Assembly: GCA_965112735.1 (NCBI GenBank)
Contig: OZ218950.1
Span: forward strand, 5,084,001-5,148,000
From: Phaeosaccion multiseriatum
Taxonomy: Eukaryota; Protista; Ochrophyta, other classes
Direction: 5' to 3'
DNA: 64,000 nt
Positions 12,520 to 26,971 of the stretch are shown one piece after another. Each line of letters starts with the position of its first letter. Positions within the stretch are counted from its first letter, which is position 1. Both the position numbers and the translations under genes were made by a program. Below the pieces are notes generated by a model. That model saw nothing but the letters and a program-made list of their open reading frames with translations. It was not told where the DNA came from and ran no database searches.

Positions 12520-15500
12520 ATGCCGTCCTCCACGCTCGACGAAGCGAAAGTGCGGGCCGAGGAGGCGGCCAAGACCTTGATAGAGAGGAAGTTCAAGGAG
12601 GCAGCTGCCCTGGAGGACATGTACGACATGAGGGCCGAGTACCGCAGGAAGCTGGCGGCCACGGAGAGCCAGCTGAGCACCGTGGTTAGGGCCCGCCTCG
12701 ACGGGGTCAAGAGGGCGAGGGACCTGATCGAGGACAGCGCGCTGCAGATCGAGGACCTCCACACGCAGTTCTCCAAGATGGAGGAGTAAGTGCAAGGGGC
12801 TGTACGGGGATTATAGGGCTAGAATGGTTAATGTGCGCCCTGGAAAGGAACCGAGTGGCACAGTGTCAGTGTTTCCCTTTCCCTTTTTCTTCCACCGTCC
12901 TGACAGACAGTGTTCTTCGTTTGCGCGCCTTACTCCCCCTCTTGTTCACAATCCCTGCGCCTGCGGTGGTGGGCTCTTATCTTCAGTCTGTCTCGAGATT
13001 GTCGAGGGCTTTTTGGCAAGTACCCACACATCAAGACCCTGCACTACGCCCGCAGCAACCTCGCCGTGACCACCCAGCTCGTCGAGTTCTTCTTCTCCAT
13101 CCCTGCCAAGGTGGGCATCGGGCGAGAGGGAGAAGGGGCGGGGAGGGGAGGAGCAGCAGCCGAGGGTGGAGGAGGGAGAGGGGGAATGACAAACCTCGAA
13201 CAGATCAGGCACTTTGACGCTTTTTCCCTTTGCCCTCTCTCCCCTTTTTGTCTCCTCTCCTCCCTCCGCCGAGCCTCTCACTGACTCTTATCGCCACTTA
13301 CCGCCTGTCACTGCCTCTCACTGCCTCTTATCGCCTCTTACCGCCTCTCACTACCTCTCACTGCCTCTCATCGCCCCGTGCTGCTGCTGCTGCTACTGCT
13401 GCTGCTGCTACTGCTACTGCTGCTACTGCTGCTGCCGTCGCCCTCGCCTCCTCGCTCGTGCGCTCCTCTGCTCCATGTTGTCATTGCGTCCACCGCAGTG
13501 CACCAATCTGCAGGAGCTGCTGCAGACGCGGCCTGCGCTTATCAAGGCCATCTACCAGGAGTCGCTTAAGCTCGTGGCCTGGAGAGACAGTTTCATGGAG
13601 GCTCTCAAGGTAAGTCAAGAGAGAGATGAGAGAGATGAGAAGATCATTGCCCTTATCTGGTGAAGGGGGAGGAGGAGGAGGAGGAGGAGGAGGAGGAGGA
13701 GGAGGAGGAGGAGGAGGAGGAGGAGGAGGAGGAGGAGGAGGAGGAGGAGGAGGAGGAGGATTGGGGGGCAGCTAAGCTACTGAACATGCTACACACACAC
13801 AGACGAGACCCTCTTCTAAAAGGACCCCCCCCGTTGTTGCCTTCTCTTGGCTGTGCTGGGCAATCCCCTTCATACACCGCTCGACTCGGTCATCAGAGCT
13901 ACGGAGACCGAGCGCAGGGCAGGGCAACGTTCAACACGAGCCGGGGAGGCGCTGACCCCAACAAGTACCAGAAGATCGTGCACAAGGCGGGACCGCTGCT
14001 CGCCGACATTCAAGCCCTGGACGCGCAGATCAGGTCAGGTGGTCCGGATGGTCCAGATGGTCCAGATGGTCAGGTGGTGAGGTGGTGAGGTGGTGAGGTG
14101 GTGAGGTAGTCAGGAGTGTGTGGGGTCGAGCAAGTGCTCTCACTGCATTGCCCTGCACCTGTCCCTGTCCCTCCATCTATGCAAAGCGGCGGTGTGCAAG
14201 TGGCATTTGTCCGGATTGACTTAGTTTTTTTCCATCGAAGGGTGTACATTTATGTATATGTGTGTGTGCGTGTGTGCGTGCGTGCTTTGTGTGCCTACGA
14301 CTGCTAGTCCAAGGTCGTTGCTCTTTGTTTCTGTTCGGTCCTTAGCGTCAAGGATGGCCTCTTTCTCTCTCCCCTCTCTCTCCTCCACACGTTGCAGGAA
14401 AGTCGTGGTGGACACGGTGGTGGGGGCGGACGGCGCGGGCCTGCTCGGGCTTGCTGTCAACGACCCTGCGCATCTTGTCAGGACCATGGAAGTGGCGGTA
14501 AGACACACACAGAGAGAGAGAGAGAGAAAGCGTGCAACGAGGGAGGAGAGAGAGAGAGAGAGAGAGAGAGGAGAGGCAGACAAACGCAGAGGAGAGAGAG
14601 AGGCTGAGAGAAAGAAGTTAATTTCACGCTCCTCCTCCTCCTCCTCCTCCTCCTCCTCGCACCGCTCGCAGGAACTCATCCGCCTTCGCCAAAAGAGGAG
14701 ATTCGAGGCGGCCAAGAAGAGCGCTCTGCGAGACATCAGCGGCGAGGGAGGGGAGGAGGAAGCGGCGGCGACGGCGGCCATGCAAGGAGGATCGGAGGGG
14801 GAGTTCAAGGCGGTGTTGCTCGAGGAAGTGAGGCGCTCACTGGAGGAGAAGCTCGGACACAAGTTCGCCAATCTGCAGATGACGGCAGTGGACGAGGGAC
14901 AGAGCCGGATGGTGGCCACGCTGGTGAGTGAGTGAGTGAAGGAGGGAGGGAGTGAAGAAGGGCTGAGGGAAAATGGTGTTTATGCCCGAACAAACATCTC
15001 TTCACTCCCTCTCTCTGTCTCTATCTCTCTTCTCTTCTCTCTCTTGTCACCCCCTCCCTCTCTCTCTTTCTCTCTTCTCTCTCTTCTCACTCTCTTCTCA
15101 CTCTCCCTCTTCTCTCCCACCCACCCCTTCCTCCCCCCCGCACACACAACAACCCCTCCGTACCATCACCCCTTAGGGAGCGGCAAGCCAGCTCCTCATC
15201 GATATGCAGACCATGGAAACCTATGTGCCGCCCTGCTTCCCTCCTGAATACGCCATGAAGGACTTCCTCCGCTCCATCTACAGAGCCTTCCTTGAGTCGT
15301 TACTGCTACCCATGACCAAAACGCAGAGCAATGTTGCGGAGTTTGATGTGAAGGACCTCATGGAGGCTATTCGGTGGTTCATTTACTTTGACGAGCACGT
15401 GGAGCGGTGAGTTGTGAGCTGTGGCTGTGTGTGTGTGTGTTTGTCTGTCAGCCAAATCTGTCCGTCTGTCTCTTCTTTTTCCGGTGTCTCTCTCTCCCTC

Positions 15501-18181
15501 CCTCCTTCTTTTTCCCTGCTGTCCCTCCCTGACCTCCCTACCCTCTTTCCCTCCTTCCCTTTCCCCCTTCTTGCGTGTGCGTGTGTACGCCCCTCTTCCC
15601 CCCCCCTCTCCCTCCCCGTCTCTCCCTCCCCGTCTCCCCTCCCTCCCTCCCTCCCTCTCTCTCCCCCTCTACTTGGTGTGTGCTATGTACGCTCGTGTAC
15701 AGCAACAAGGAGTTCCAAGACGTGAGCAACGCCCTTCTGGCCACGTACCTGCTGCGCATCCGCTCGCAGATCGTGCAGTGGGGCGCCAATCTCAAGGCGG
15801 ACAAGGCAGAACTGGTGAGAGGAGGGGAGGAAGGGCAGCATACCATTACTTTCCGCGCAAACGGACGGCGCCCCGCCCGGGTTGCGTAGATGCAGGCCTC
15901 TCTCTCATCCTCCCCCCCTCCCCCCCTCCCTCCCTCCCTGCCCTCTCTCTCTCCCTCCCTTCCTTCCTCTCTATATCACCAGGTCCAGGACGGCTCTAAG
16001 CGGTATTTCTCGACATACCCAGACGACCTCTTCAAGCTCATGGACGTGCAGGTGGGGGTGTTGGTGATACAGGGATAGATGGGTGCATGTCTCGATGGGT
16101 GGATGGGTGGATACGTGCGTGCGTGCGCAGAGAGCATGCATTGGGCGTACGTGTGCATAGATGGGGAAGGGGGAGGGGGGGTGGTGCCTGTTGACTTACT
16201 GGTCTAGTAACTTGCCTGTCTCCCGTTCAAAAGTGCTGCCGAGGGTTCCTCTTTTGCCGCCGCGCTGACTGACCTCCTACCGCTTCCCTGTCTGCCCCCC
16301 TTCTTCCCTCCCTGCCTCCCTCCCTGCCTCCCTCCCTCCCTCCTTACCTCCCTCCTTATATCCCTCCTCTCTTCTTCCTTACCTCCCTACCTACCAAACC
16401 ATCTGCCTCCCACCCCCTGCTCGGCAATGCCTACCCCTCATCTCTCTTGTAGGTGCAAGTGGCCAAGTCCCTCCCTGGCAAGCTCCTCGGCAAGATAGTG
16501 GCCACATGCCTGGAGGGGCTGCAGAAGATTCAGGACGAGTATGTCAAGAAAGTCTCCTCGGAGTGGCGCATGGTGAGGGAGTTGGTGATACGGAGAGGGA
16601 AGGAGGAAGGAATGGGCAGGGCAAAGCTTATCGTGGGTGTCGTTGGTGCGTCGCCCCCCCTCCCCCCCCCCCCTACCCACCCACCTACCCACCTCGCGAT
16701 GTGTGCAACGTGACAGCAGCAACGCACAAACGCCTTGTCTTTTGTACTTGCCTCATTGTGCTTTTGCCTCTCTGTCCATCCTTGCCTCAGTGTGCTTGCT
16801 TCACTGCGATTGCCTCTCTGTCCTTCCTTGCCTCTTTCCCCTTACCCTTCCCCTTGCCCTCTTGCGCATACCCTTGCACGAACAGATCGCAGCGGAGGAG
16901 GACGGCCTAGAGCACCTATGCGCCATCGTCAATGACAACGAACGCCTGCAGGAGAAGAGCGACGACTTTATCAAGGATCTCAGCGCCAACCTTCCTGAGG
17001 GAGAGAAGACAAAGGCGGAGTTGGACGAGCAGATGGAGACGGTTTCGTCTGGCTACATTGAGGTTGCTTTGCTGGCTACGGGCACCATTGCGGCAAGCAT
17101 TGTAGTGACGCTGAGGGAGGAGCATGTGGTGTCGAGGCTCTTTTCGCCGGAGTGGGAGACGGGCGACTTTGAAGGCATGAAGACGGTAAGAGAGAGAGAG
17201 AGAGAGAAGAGGGGGAGGAGAGGGGGGGGAGAGGGGGGGGAGAGGGATGGGGGAGGGAACGGGAGGAGGGAGGCTTCAGGAGGGGGAAGAGTAAAAGAGT
17301 GATAGGGAGAGAGAGGTCCAGGGAGCGGTTCCAATAGAGGCCCTCAGTAGGGCTTGCTGAGTGAGCTGTGGGTCGGGTAGACACGAAGAGGGAGGATACA
17401 GGACGCTCCTCCTCTTTCTTCAGTCGAGACACACCCTGCTACTGCCCTTCGTGCCCACCCTGTCCATTGGAATCACTCTTAACTCCGTCGCTTCCATCTT
17501 TCCCCTCCTCTTCAATTCATCGCTTCCATTCTTGTGCCTGTCCCCGCCCCCCCCCCCCCTCGCACATTCGCACCCGCACACAAACGCACACACACACACA
17601 CCCCGCTGGGGGCAACTGGGGGCCACTGGGGGCCACTGGGGGCCACACCACTGGGGGCCGTGCCGTGTAGGTGGTGGAGACGTGTAACGACTTCTTCGGG
17701 GACCTGGAGGTGTGGCTGCCCGACTTCTTCTTTGCCAAGCTGGTGCGCGCCTCTCTGGGCCGAATGGTCAAGATGTACGTGGAGGCGCTGCTGTGTAAGG
17801 CTAAGCCTGCGGCCGGGGCAGCCCCTACAGATTCAGAAGGCGAGCCAGAGCAGGTAGCACTTCAGCCGTTTCAGAACATCCCGCTGAGCACAGCCCGGAT
17901 CGCGGATGACGTGGACTTGTTGGTGCTGTTCTTCACGGAGGAGGCCATGAAGGAATCAGGTGCGTACATTTATATATATATATATATGTGTGTGTGTTGT
18001 GTTTATGTGCGCTTTTAGTGCCGTGACTTTGCAGGGAGGGAAAGATGAGATGCCCAGTCTTACACCCATTCCTCTCTCTTCCTCTCTCTCCCGCTCTCTC
18101 CCCCTCTCACTCTCGCTCTCTTCTCTCTTCCCTCCTTGTTTCTCTCTCCGCCTCTCTTCCTCTCTTCCTCTCTCTCTCTCT

Positions 18182-18241
<60 letters not shown>

Positions 18242-18422
18242 TCGACAGGGGCGACGCTTGGCGATCTGTGTGCTCAGGCAGGCTTGAGGGGCCCAAATGC
18301 CATCAGAGAAGAGGTGCGTTGCGTTGCGTGTGTCGAGTGTCGAGGGGCGTTAGTGCAAGTGCCCAGTGGCACCTCCTCCGAAGCTCTCGAGGCTCTGGAC
18401 TGGCGAATATCCTCCTCGACTC

Positions 18423-18513
<91 letters not shown>

Positions 18514-19038
18514 CGCGTGCGTGTGTAGATGCAGTGGTAAATGATGGCCAACACAACCCTATCATGTGCCTTTTCTCCTTCCAATCTTCCCAAAACTCTT
18601 GTGACTCTTCCACCCGGCCCCAATTCCTCTACAACAAACAAACAGGCATCCATCATCAACTCCATCAACACGGTGCTGGCAGCAGACTCGATGGACTCCC
18701 TGCCTGGGAGCGTGTGCCAAGCCGCCATCAAGGCCATTGTGCACGAGTTTAAGAGCCAGGGGGTGGAGGCGGTCATGCATTTGTTGAGTCTCCAGCAGCC
18801 CTGGAGTGGGGACGACCGGGCGCAGAGGGAGCAGTTTGTGGAGCGTCTTGCTCGGACATGTGGGGACTGGGACAGCTCTGGAGAGACCTCGACGCGCTTT
18901 GTGCTTGAGGGGTATGCCAATGATGGGAGGGCGCAGGCGGCCAAGCTCCGGGGGCAGCGGACGACGAGCAGGAAGGACAGGTGGAAGGTCATAAGCTCCA
19001 AGTTGAGGCAGGGACACATCTCCGTTGAGGACATTTGA
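12520..19038 (+). CDS. SEC6: Exocyst complex component Sec6/EXOC3, multi-exon
   Basis: N-terminal coiled region EYRRKLAATESQLSTVVRARLDGVKRARDLI...ARSNL. Later motifs VPPCFPPEY, YFSTYPDDLFKLMD, LEHLCAIVNDNERL, RLFSPEW and VVETCNDFFGDL match the Sec6 pattern. Confidence 0.85.
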
Positions 19039-19197
19039 GCTTGGTCCGTGGGGGGAGAGAGACAGAGAGACAAGACAGAGAGAGAGAGAGAGAATCGAAG
19101 GGTCTTTGTTTTGTATCTTCAAGAGAGGCTATCTATTGTACGCCTTTCACACTTCCGCTCTGTTGCTCTGCTCAGCTGCCGACGCGCACTCCGCACA

Positions 19198-19266
<69 letters not shown>

Positions 19267-19901
19267 ACACACACACCCGCGATTCCCAACACTCTCTGTG
19301 CGGAGCGGCGTCTCGATGCAGCGAACAAGAGAGAGGATTGATCCCTCACCTCGACATCACACCACACCCCCCTCCTCCATCTCACCCCCCACCCCCCTCC
19401 TCCGTCTGTCGTGCTCCACTGGTCCTCCTGCTGCAAAGGAGCAAGCAAGCACCCCCCTGGGGAAGCCTCGAAGAGAAGAGCGCTGCTTGCCAAAAGGAAC
19501 GACCAACCCTTGGCCACTTGGGGTGTGAGGGAAGCTGTACAGTGTACGCTTCTGACCTCGCCTCGCGCATGTCACCTCTCCCGCCTCATGTCCTTTGCTC
19601 AGTGATATGACCCACGCCCTCACGCCCTCTATTGTAGCACTGCCACAGAGTCCCCCCAAGGAGGGAAGGAAGGGCGCTGGCGTGGCGGAGAGCGAAGGGG
19701 GGATCCTTGCGCCGCACTCGCCTCGAAGGGGGGTTGAGAAGCCCAATAAGCCTATAAGCTTGCCATCAATATGCGGCACAAACGCAAGTACGGCTGTCCG
19801 ACGCCATGCTGTGCGCAGACAAACACACTTGTCGCTGTTTGCCTTGCTGCCTCTGACTGTCTGACTTTCCAGCCAAAGAGAGACAGAGAGAGAAAGAGAG
19901 T

Positions 19902-19952
<51 letters not shown>

Positions 19953-20013
19953 CCAAAGCTCCAACGCTCCACGCCTCACGCACCAGCCGAGCCGAGCCGA
20001 GCCGTATCCTCAA

Positions 20014-21507
20014 TCAAGCGTTCTCCTCAGCGGGAGTGCTGTGTGCGAGAGCGTGCAGCAAGGCGCCGGGTTGGCGAGCCACTTCAACCGAGTCCCTGTC
20101 GTGGCCGTCTCCGAGGTCAACGGAATCAAGCAAGGGGATTCTGAGAGGTGTGCAAGGGCAAGGGCAGGGGCAGGGGCAGGGCCGTCAAACAAAATCAGTC
20201 ACGAGGAGTGAGGGGGAGTTTGAAGGGCAGGGGCAGGGCCGTCAAACAAAATCAGTCACGAGGAGTGAGGGGGAGTTTGAAGGGCAGGGGCAGGGCCGTC
20301 AAACAAAATCAGTCACGAGGAGTGAGGGGGAGTTTGAAGGGCAGGGGCAGGGCCGTCAAACAAAATCAGTCACGAGGAGTGAGGGGGAGTTTGAAGGGCA
20401 GGGGCAGGGCCGTCAAACAAAATCAGTCACGAGGAGTGAGGGGGAGTTTGAAGGGCAAGGGCAGGGCCATCAAACAAAATCAGTCACGAGGAGTGAGGGG
20501 GAGTTTGAAGGGCAAGGGCAGGGCCATCAAACAAAATCAGTCATGAGGAGTGAGGGGGAGTTTGAAGGGCAGGGGCAGGGCCGTCAAACAAAATCAGTCA
20601 CGAGGAGTGAGGGGGAGTTTGAAGGGCAAGGGCAGGGCCATCAAACAAAATCAGTCATGAGGAGTGAGGGGGAGTTTGCGCAACGAGACGACAAAGAGGG
20701 GTGGGGAGGTGTGGGCATCGGGGGGCTGGCTATGACTTGACTTTGACGCCTCGTTCCCGGGTACATAAAGCACAGGGCGTGTGCTGGCTGCTCTCTCTCA
20801 CTCACTCACTCACTCACTCACCGTATCTTGGTACTCGCTTTGAGGCTGCCGCACAACAGCAAGGCCGCCCAAAGGCAGGCATAGCCGCACCACCTCGGCT
20901 CGTTGAGAAAGTCCAGCATCCCCGCGCTGAATAGAAGCCCCACCAGCCCGCCTGCTATGTGTGCAAATGACGACGACGAGGCCCCGAACAGGATTCTTGA
21001 GAGCGCGAACGCAACCAATGGAGCCGAGTGTGCGCTAAGTGGGTGGCCCCACACGTAGAAGGGGGCCGCACCCGGCTGAAGAGCCTGGGCAGTGAGCCAC
21101 GTGAAAATCAGGCTTGAGCAACCCACGTGCGGCTTTTCGGGGATGCCGAACCTTCGCTCAAGCTGGATGGAGGCGGAGAGGCTAAAGACGGCTCCCACCA
21201 GCACGCTCAGCGCCGAAGTCAGGATGAAGGCCCTCGGAGGCACGTGGGAGGCGACCCTTTCGAGTAAGCAGCAGAAGCCACAGTCAAACAGGAGATGGCC
21301 CAAGTCGACGTGAACGATTGACGAGGTGATGAATCGCCAGTACTCTGCCTTGGCCAAACACAGCGCGTGGGTTGCTCCAAAGCGCACAGCGGGCGAAGAG
21401 CCACGCCGGAGTAGCAGGAGAAAGAGATACACGAGGGCCATGAGCACAGCGAAGGGAACACATAAAGCGGAAGACCATTGCAAGGCCTCCTCCTCAGCAT
21501 CTTCCAT
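20014..21507 (-). CDS. Rhomboid-family intramembrane serine protease (2 exons)
   Basis: Motifs EYWRFITSSIVHVDLGHLLFD (WR and HxxxxH), VGCSS (GxS) and AHIAGGLVG (catalytic His). Exon 1 is about 21507-20822 with a GTGAGT donor. Exon 2 is 20140-20014 (IPLLDSVDLG...EENA*). Confidence 0.82.
20170..20677. repeat. 57-bp minisatellite, about 9 near-identical copies, in the rhomboid intron
   Basis: The unit gccgtcaaacaaaatcagtcacgaggagtgagggggagtttgaagggcaggggcagg recurs at 20181, 20238, 20295, 20352, 20409, 20466, 20523, 20580 and 20637. Confidence 0.95.
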
Positions 21508-21760
21508 CTCTCTGTTTCTCTCTCCTCTCTCTCTCTCTCTCCCCCTCTCTCCCACACACACTCTCCCTGTCTCTCCGTGTTTCTCTTTCTCTCTCTATCT
21601 CTCTTTTTAGCTTGCTTGCAGCGGGCCGGAGCCATCGCGTTCTGTGAGTTGGGTGACCAACTGCCTCACACCTTTTCAACCATAGATGGCACTTAAGAGT
21701 GTAAATATCACCTTTTCCCTCTCTCCCTTCTCTTTCAATGCTGCCCGCTTGAAAGAAAGG

Positions 21761-23193
21761 ATGGCAGAAGCCGTTCAAGCAGAGCGGCCACAGCCACGAG
21801 AGGACAGGCAGGCCAAGGAAGGGGTTGGAGAGAGACGGCAGCTCCAATCCAGTTTGGAGAAGCTGCTGCGTGCTTCGTCCAGCAATGAAGAATACGATAT
21901 TGACCCTGCCGAGCTCCTGCTCCAGGCCCAACGTCTGCAGGCCGAGCAAGAGGCCTGCCTGTGCGAGCTGCGGAAGGAGCAGAACGAGCGCCAGGCGTTG
22001 CTCAGGAGCCAGGCCGGGCCCGCCGTGGGGCAGTACCGTCTGCACCTCGTCGCCTTCGAGAAGCTCTCTCTCGGGGCGAAGAGCGTGCTCGACAGCCTCC
22101 TCGATGAAGAGGGAGAAAGGAGGAGAAGGGCTGCACACGGGGGGGGAGAGGGAGAGGGCAAGAGCACCGAACTCTCGCCCTTGTCTGGACGAGCGACAGG
22201 AGCAGACGAGTTGGAGGACTTGGTTCAGCGATACTTGAAGCTACATAAGAAAAGGGGGCTGCTCGAGAGGGTACAGCAGCTCCTGCGGAGAGAGGCGGAG
22301 AGCAAAGAGGCCCTGCGGCAGCTGCAAGTGGTCATGAAGCAGAGAAGAGGGCTGCTTCATCAGGGGGACTGGGATCAAGTCTTCGAGCTCGTAGACAGGT
22401 GAGAGGATGCTCAATTTGGTACATGGCCTGCGGCCCCTTCACCTGTGCCCCTGTCTTGCTGCTGACCCCCCCCCCCGTCCGGTCCGTTCCCCTCCCTCCT
22501 CCTCCGACCGACCAGGCTGGCGCAGTACCACTCAGAGCTGCAGGACTCAGAGGATGATGTTGTAGCGAAAGGGCTGGGCGGGCTGTGTGGCGCACTGCAA
22601 GCCGGCCTCAGACGCTGTATCTCACAAGCATCGCTGCAGGCATACGAGACCCTTGATCCCACAGGGAGCAAGGGTAAGGAGGGGGGGGCATTCGGCGATG
22701 GAGAGCCTGCGACGGACATGTTAGGGAGAGGCCAGAGCGAGGCGGAGGGGCGGACAGAGGAGCATGTGCAGCGGCTGGCGTGGGATTCGCTGCTCTCTGC
22801 TGTTGGCGCCGTGCTGAGACTCCAGCAAGCTGTGTGGGGAAGGGGCAGAGGAGGAGCATCCGAAGTAGGGCAAGACGAGAGGGGCGACGGGCAGGCTGCA
22901 GGTAGACCACCAGTAGTAGAAGCAGCAGAGGCAGCAGGAGACTTTGGCGAGAGATGCGGCTGTGCGGGAGGAGGGCCACAGGGAGGAGGTGGGCTCTGGG
23001 CTCTGGACCTCCTACTGAGGCCCATGGTGCAGCGCTTTTCCTTCCACTTCGAGGGACAGCAGCCCACCAGCCGTGTAGAGAGACCGGAGTGGTTCGTGTC
23101 CTTCCTCAAAAAGGCTTTCACGCAGCACGAGGAGCTACTGCGAACAGGCGTGCAGGTGAGGGGGTACGTACAAGGGGCAGGTCGGCATTTGGG

Positions 23194-23226
<33 letters not shown>

Positions 23227-24701
23227 TCTCGCTTGCACCTGTCGTGCCTCTGATGTGCGAGGTGTTGATGAGAAGGATCGGAAGGAAGGCGAACCGAGCA
23301 ACGAACAAAGGAGCAGTAGCAGCCAAACGAGCACCTCGTATCTTCAGTCTTTCGGCGTGGCTTGACTCACAAAAACGACCTTCTCTGCCGCATGCTACGT
23401 GCCCCTGTGCCCTGACAACCCGACAACCACAACCCTCCGACAGCCCGTGCTGGACCGGCACGCCATCCGTGGTGTGGGCGCGTGCGCGTACTTTGCCAGA
23501 GGCCTCGTGCTCCTCGCCCGGCGACGACTGCGCCACCTCCTGGGAGAGCTCGCGAGGGGAGTGAGGAGCGACGGCGGCTCTGACAACTTTCTGATGTCGC
23601 ACGTGGTGGAGGAGGTGCTCGGTCTCGATAAGTTCTTCGAGGACAAGGTGGGAGGGGCGGGGCACTTGATCTTGACAGGGTACCAGTGAGCGAATGAATG
23701 AAGGGCACGGACGAACGAACGATATCCACTCACTCACCACCCAGTCACCCACTCGCTCGCTTAGTTCACTCACTCACTCACTCACTCACTCACTCACTCA
23801 CTCACTCACTCAGTTTCACCCTTTCTCACTCTTTCACTCATCCACTTCCCCACTCCACTCACTCACTCACTCACTCACTCACCCACTCATCCCCTCCCTC
23901 ACTCACTAACTCACCCACTCACTCACTTACTCACTCACTCACTTACTCACTCACTCACTCACTCACTCACTCCGTTTCACCCTCCCTCACTCACTCTCTC
24001 ACTCACTCACTCACTCACTCACTCACTCAGTTTCACCCTCCCTCACTCACTCCCTCACTCATTCCGTCATAGATGGGTTACTTGAGCGTCGTCCCAGCGC
24101 AGTACCCACATTGGGTGTGGCCGCGCTGCATCAGCGTGCTAACATGCTCCGAGCCCCGGCTGCAGCGTTGGATAGAGATGGACCGCTGCCTGCTTAGCAC
24201 CAAGTACGAGGCTCTGTTTCCGAGCGGCGATCCTTCGTCGGCCTGGCAGCAGCCCAAGAGCACGGCCCTGGCTGAGGTTGGTGGAGGGAGGGAGGGAGGG
24301 AGGGAGGAAGGAAGGAAGGAAGGCACGCACTCACTTACCCATTCACTCACTCACCCAATCACTCACCCACTCACCCTCACTCACTCATTTATTCACGCAC
24401 TCTCTCACTCACCTACCCATTCACTCACATACTCACCCACCTACTCATCCACTCACTCAGGCGCTCACTCACTCACTCACCCACTCACTCACTCACTCAC
24501 CCACTCACTCACTCACTCACTCTCTCGCGCACTCACCCTCATTCACTCATTCACTCACTCTGAGCAGATGTGTCTTACTCTTTGGGATCCGATCGGAGAC
24601 ATACTGCTCCAACCTGTTAACAGGCAGGCACATTCCGCCCCCTCCTCTTTCCTCTTTCCCCTCTCCCCCCACCTACCCCCCCCCCCATGAACCCGAAAGG
24701 C

Positions 24702-24733
<32 letters not shown>

Positions 24734-26927
24734 GCTCCAGCGCGGCGTCATCATCAGCCCCCAGCGTCGTTGCGGTGGGTGTGGTGGACCTGTTCGCCGC
24801 TGTTTCGTCACGCTATGCAATGATCGGCGATCCCTCTGTGCAAGTCCGCTTTGTGGAGGAGCTTCAGAGGCCCCTCCTGAGCAAGTTCTATGATGCTCTC
24901 TACGCGGAGGCTCAAGCATGCAGGTGCGTGCATGAGGAGTGCGTGAGCGGTGGGAGAGAGGCAGCAGAAGGAGAAAGACAACAGCAACGGCAGGGGGGTA
25001 GGGGGAGGCCGGAGGGTTAAATGTGTGGCTTTGGGGGAAGGAAGAGAGATAGAGAGATGGCAGCAGAGAGATTGCAGCAGATGGCATCAGCAGAGAATGG
25101 TATTGGTGCTGTGGGGTGTGTGTGTGTAAGGAAAGACGGGGGAGGTTAGAGCGCCAGACAGCATCGGACTGACTTGGAGATGCATCGTCTCGGCCCCCCT
25201 CGCCCCCTCTTTGGCCTCTCCTGTCTGCGCGATGCCAACAATCCTTCTTGTCTTCTTTCTATGTCCACCCACACCACACCACACCACACCACACCGCACA
25301 GCATTTCTCGCACCTTCGGGGAGAAGAACACGACAACGTTTGAGCGGCAGTGGAAGCGCTACCTTGTGTGCCTCAACTCCTGTGTGTACCTCACCACCCT
25401 GCTCAGCGACACTGAGAACGACGCCTTCTACATGGACATTCAGCAGCAGTTGGTGATACAACAACAGGAGGAGCAGTCGTCTTCTTCCGGTCGAGCAAGG
25501 GGGAGGCAGTCCACCTTAGTAGGGCCTCCCAAGGGCACCACCAGGGGGGACAGAGTGAGCCGCGGCAGGAGCAAGAGCAGCACAAGAGGAGGAGGGGATG
25601 TCGGTGTGGGAGAGGTGGCAACCGCAACCGCATCCGTAGCAGCAGCAGCAGTTGGTGATACGGCAGGAGCAGCAGCAGCAGGGCTGTCGATGATTGGATC
25701 AGGCTTGGCTGCCAGTGCCTTGACCTCCGTTGCGGTAGGCACAGCGGGGGCTCTTGGGTTGACGAGAGAAAGGGGTGACTCCGGAGGCGGAGGAGGAGGG
25801 ATCCTGTCGGCGGCGTTTTCCGCGGCCAAGGAGGCAAGAGATAGAACAAAAGAGGCCATACAGAGGCTTGGAGACGAGGAGGGCGTTGGGGGGGAGGAGG
25901 AAGAGGAGGATCAAGAGGATGAGGGTGAGGATGACGAACAGGGAGTGGAGGAGGAAGAGGAGGAGGAGGAGGGGGAGAAGGAGGTGGTGGTGGTGGTGGA
26001 GGAGGAGGAGGAAGAGGAGGAGGGAAGGGGGGCAGGAGCAGGTCGAAAGGGGGGTGCCGTTGCTGCTGTGGGTGGTGGGGGGAAGGTCGCGGGGCCTCAG
26101 CAGCAGAGCTCTTCATCGGCGCTATTCGACGCGGAGCGGCGGTACTTCGGCGTCCTGCAGACCGCCATGTGCACCGACGCTGTGGACGCGTGTATCTCCT
26201 CTCTCTGGCCTCTACTCTCGCACTACGCGGATGCCACAGACTGGCAAACCTCACTGCTACTGGGCGGGGCGGGGGCAGTAGGAGAGGTAGGACAGGAGGG
26301 CAGCAGCAAGGGCGGTGAGCAACACGGTGAGCCCTCTCCGCTCCTTGGGGCGCCTCTTGCCATGCTGCACCTCGTGTTCGCCACGGCATCCACGCATACA
26401 CGTAGGGACCTCTTTTTAAGTCTCCTGTACGGAGTGGAAGCGGAGGTGGACCGCTTGCTCTACGACGGACTCGTGTGCCGGCACTCCTTCTCGCTGGCCG
26501 GAGGGCGGCAGCTCAGGAGAGATGTCACGGCCCTTCAACGCGTCATGGCGGACAGTAGCCAGGCCTTGTTCGACGCCGACACGTGTCGCAGTGGCAGCGG
26601 AGGAGGCTCGAAGTCGAATCGAGATGGCACTGGGCGGGGCAGTGCGGGCGGGGGTGGGGATGTTGGTCTCTTGCGACGCATGCATGAGGCTTCCCTCTTG
26701 CTGTCCCTGCCGCATCAACAGCTCAACAGGCTGCTGCAAGCGATGGACGCGCTCAACGCCTCTGAAGCTTGTGCAGCACCCCCCGAGCTTGATGCAGCGA
26801 GCACGGGTGAGGGGCACGCGTTGCTGAGCGAATGAATGATGAGCTGCGGCGAGCTGCGGGTGACTTGCCTCCATGCTTTGCGAACCGCTCACTCACTGTG
26901 CTCGTCTCTTGTCTCTCCCCCCCCCCC

Positions 26928-26971
<44 letters not shown>

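Noticed and set aside
20170-20677. CRISPR-like regular repeats and 278-aa ORF 19904..20740
   Set aside because: The units are contiguous with no unique spacers, there are no cas genes, and the context is a eukaryotic intron. The ORF is just the 57-bp unit in frame.
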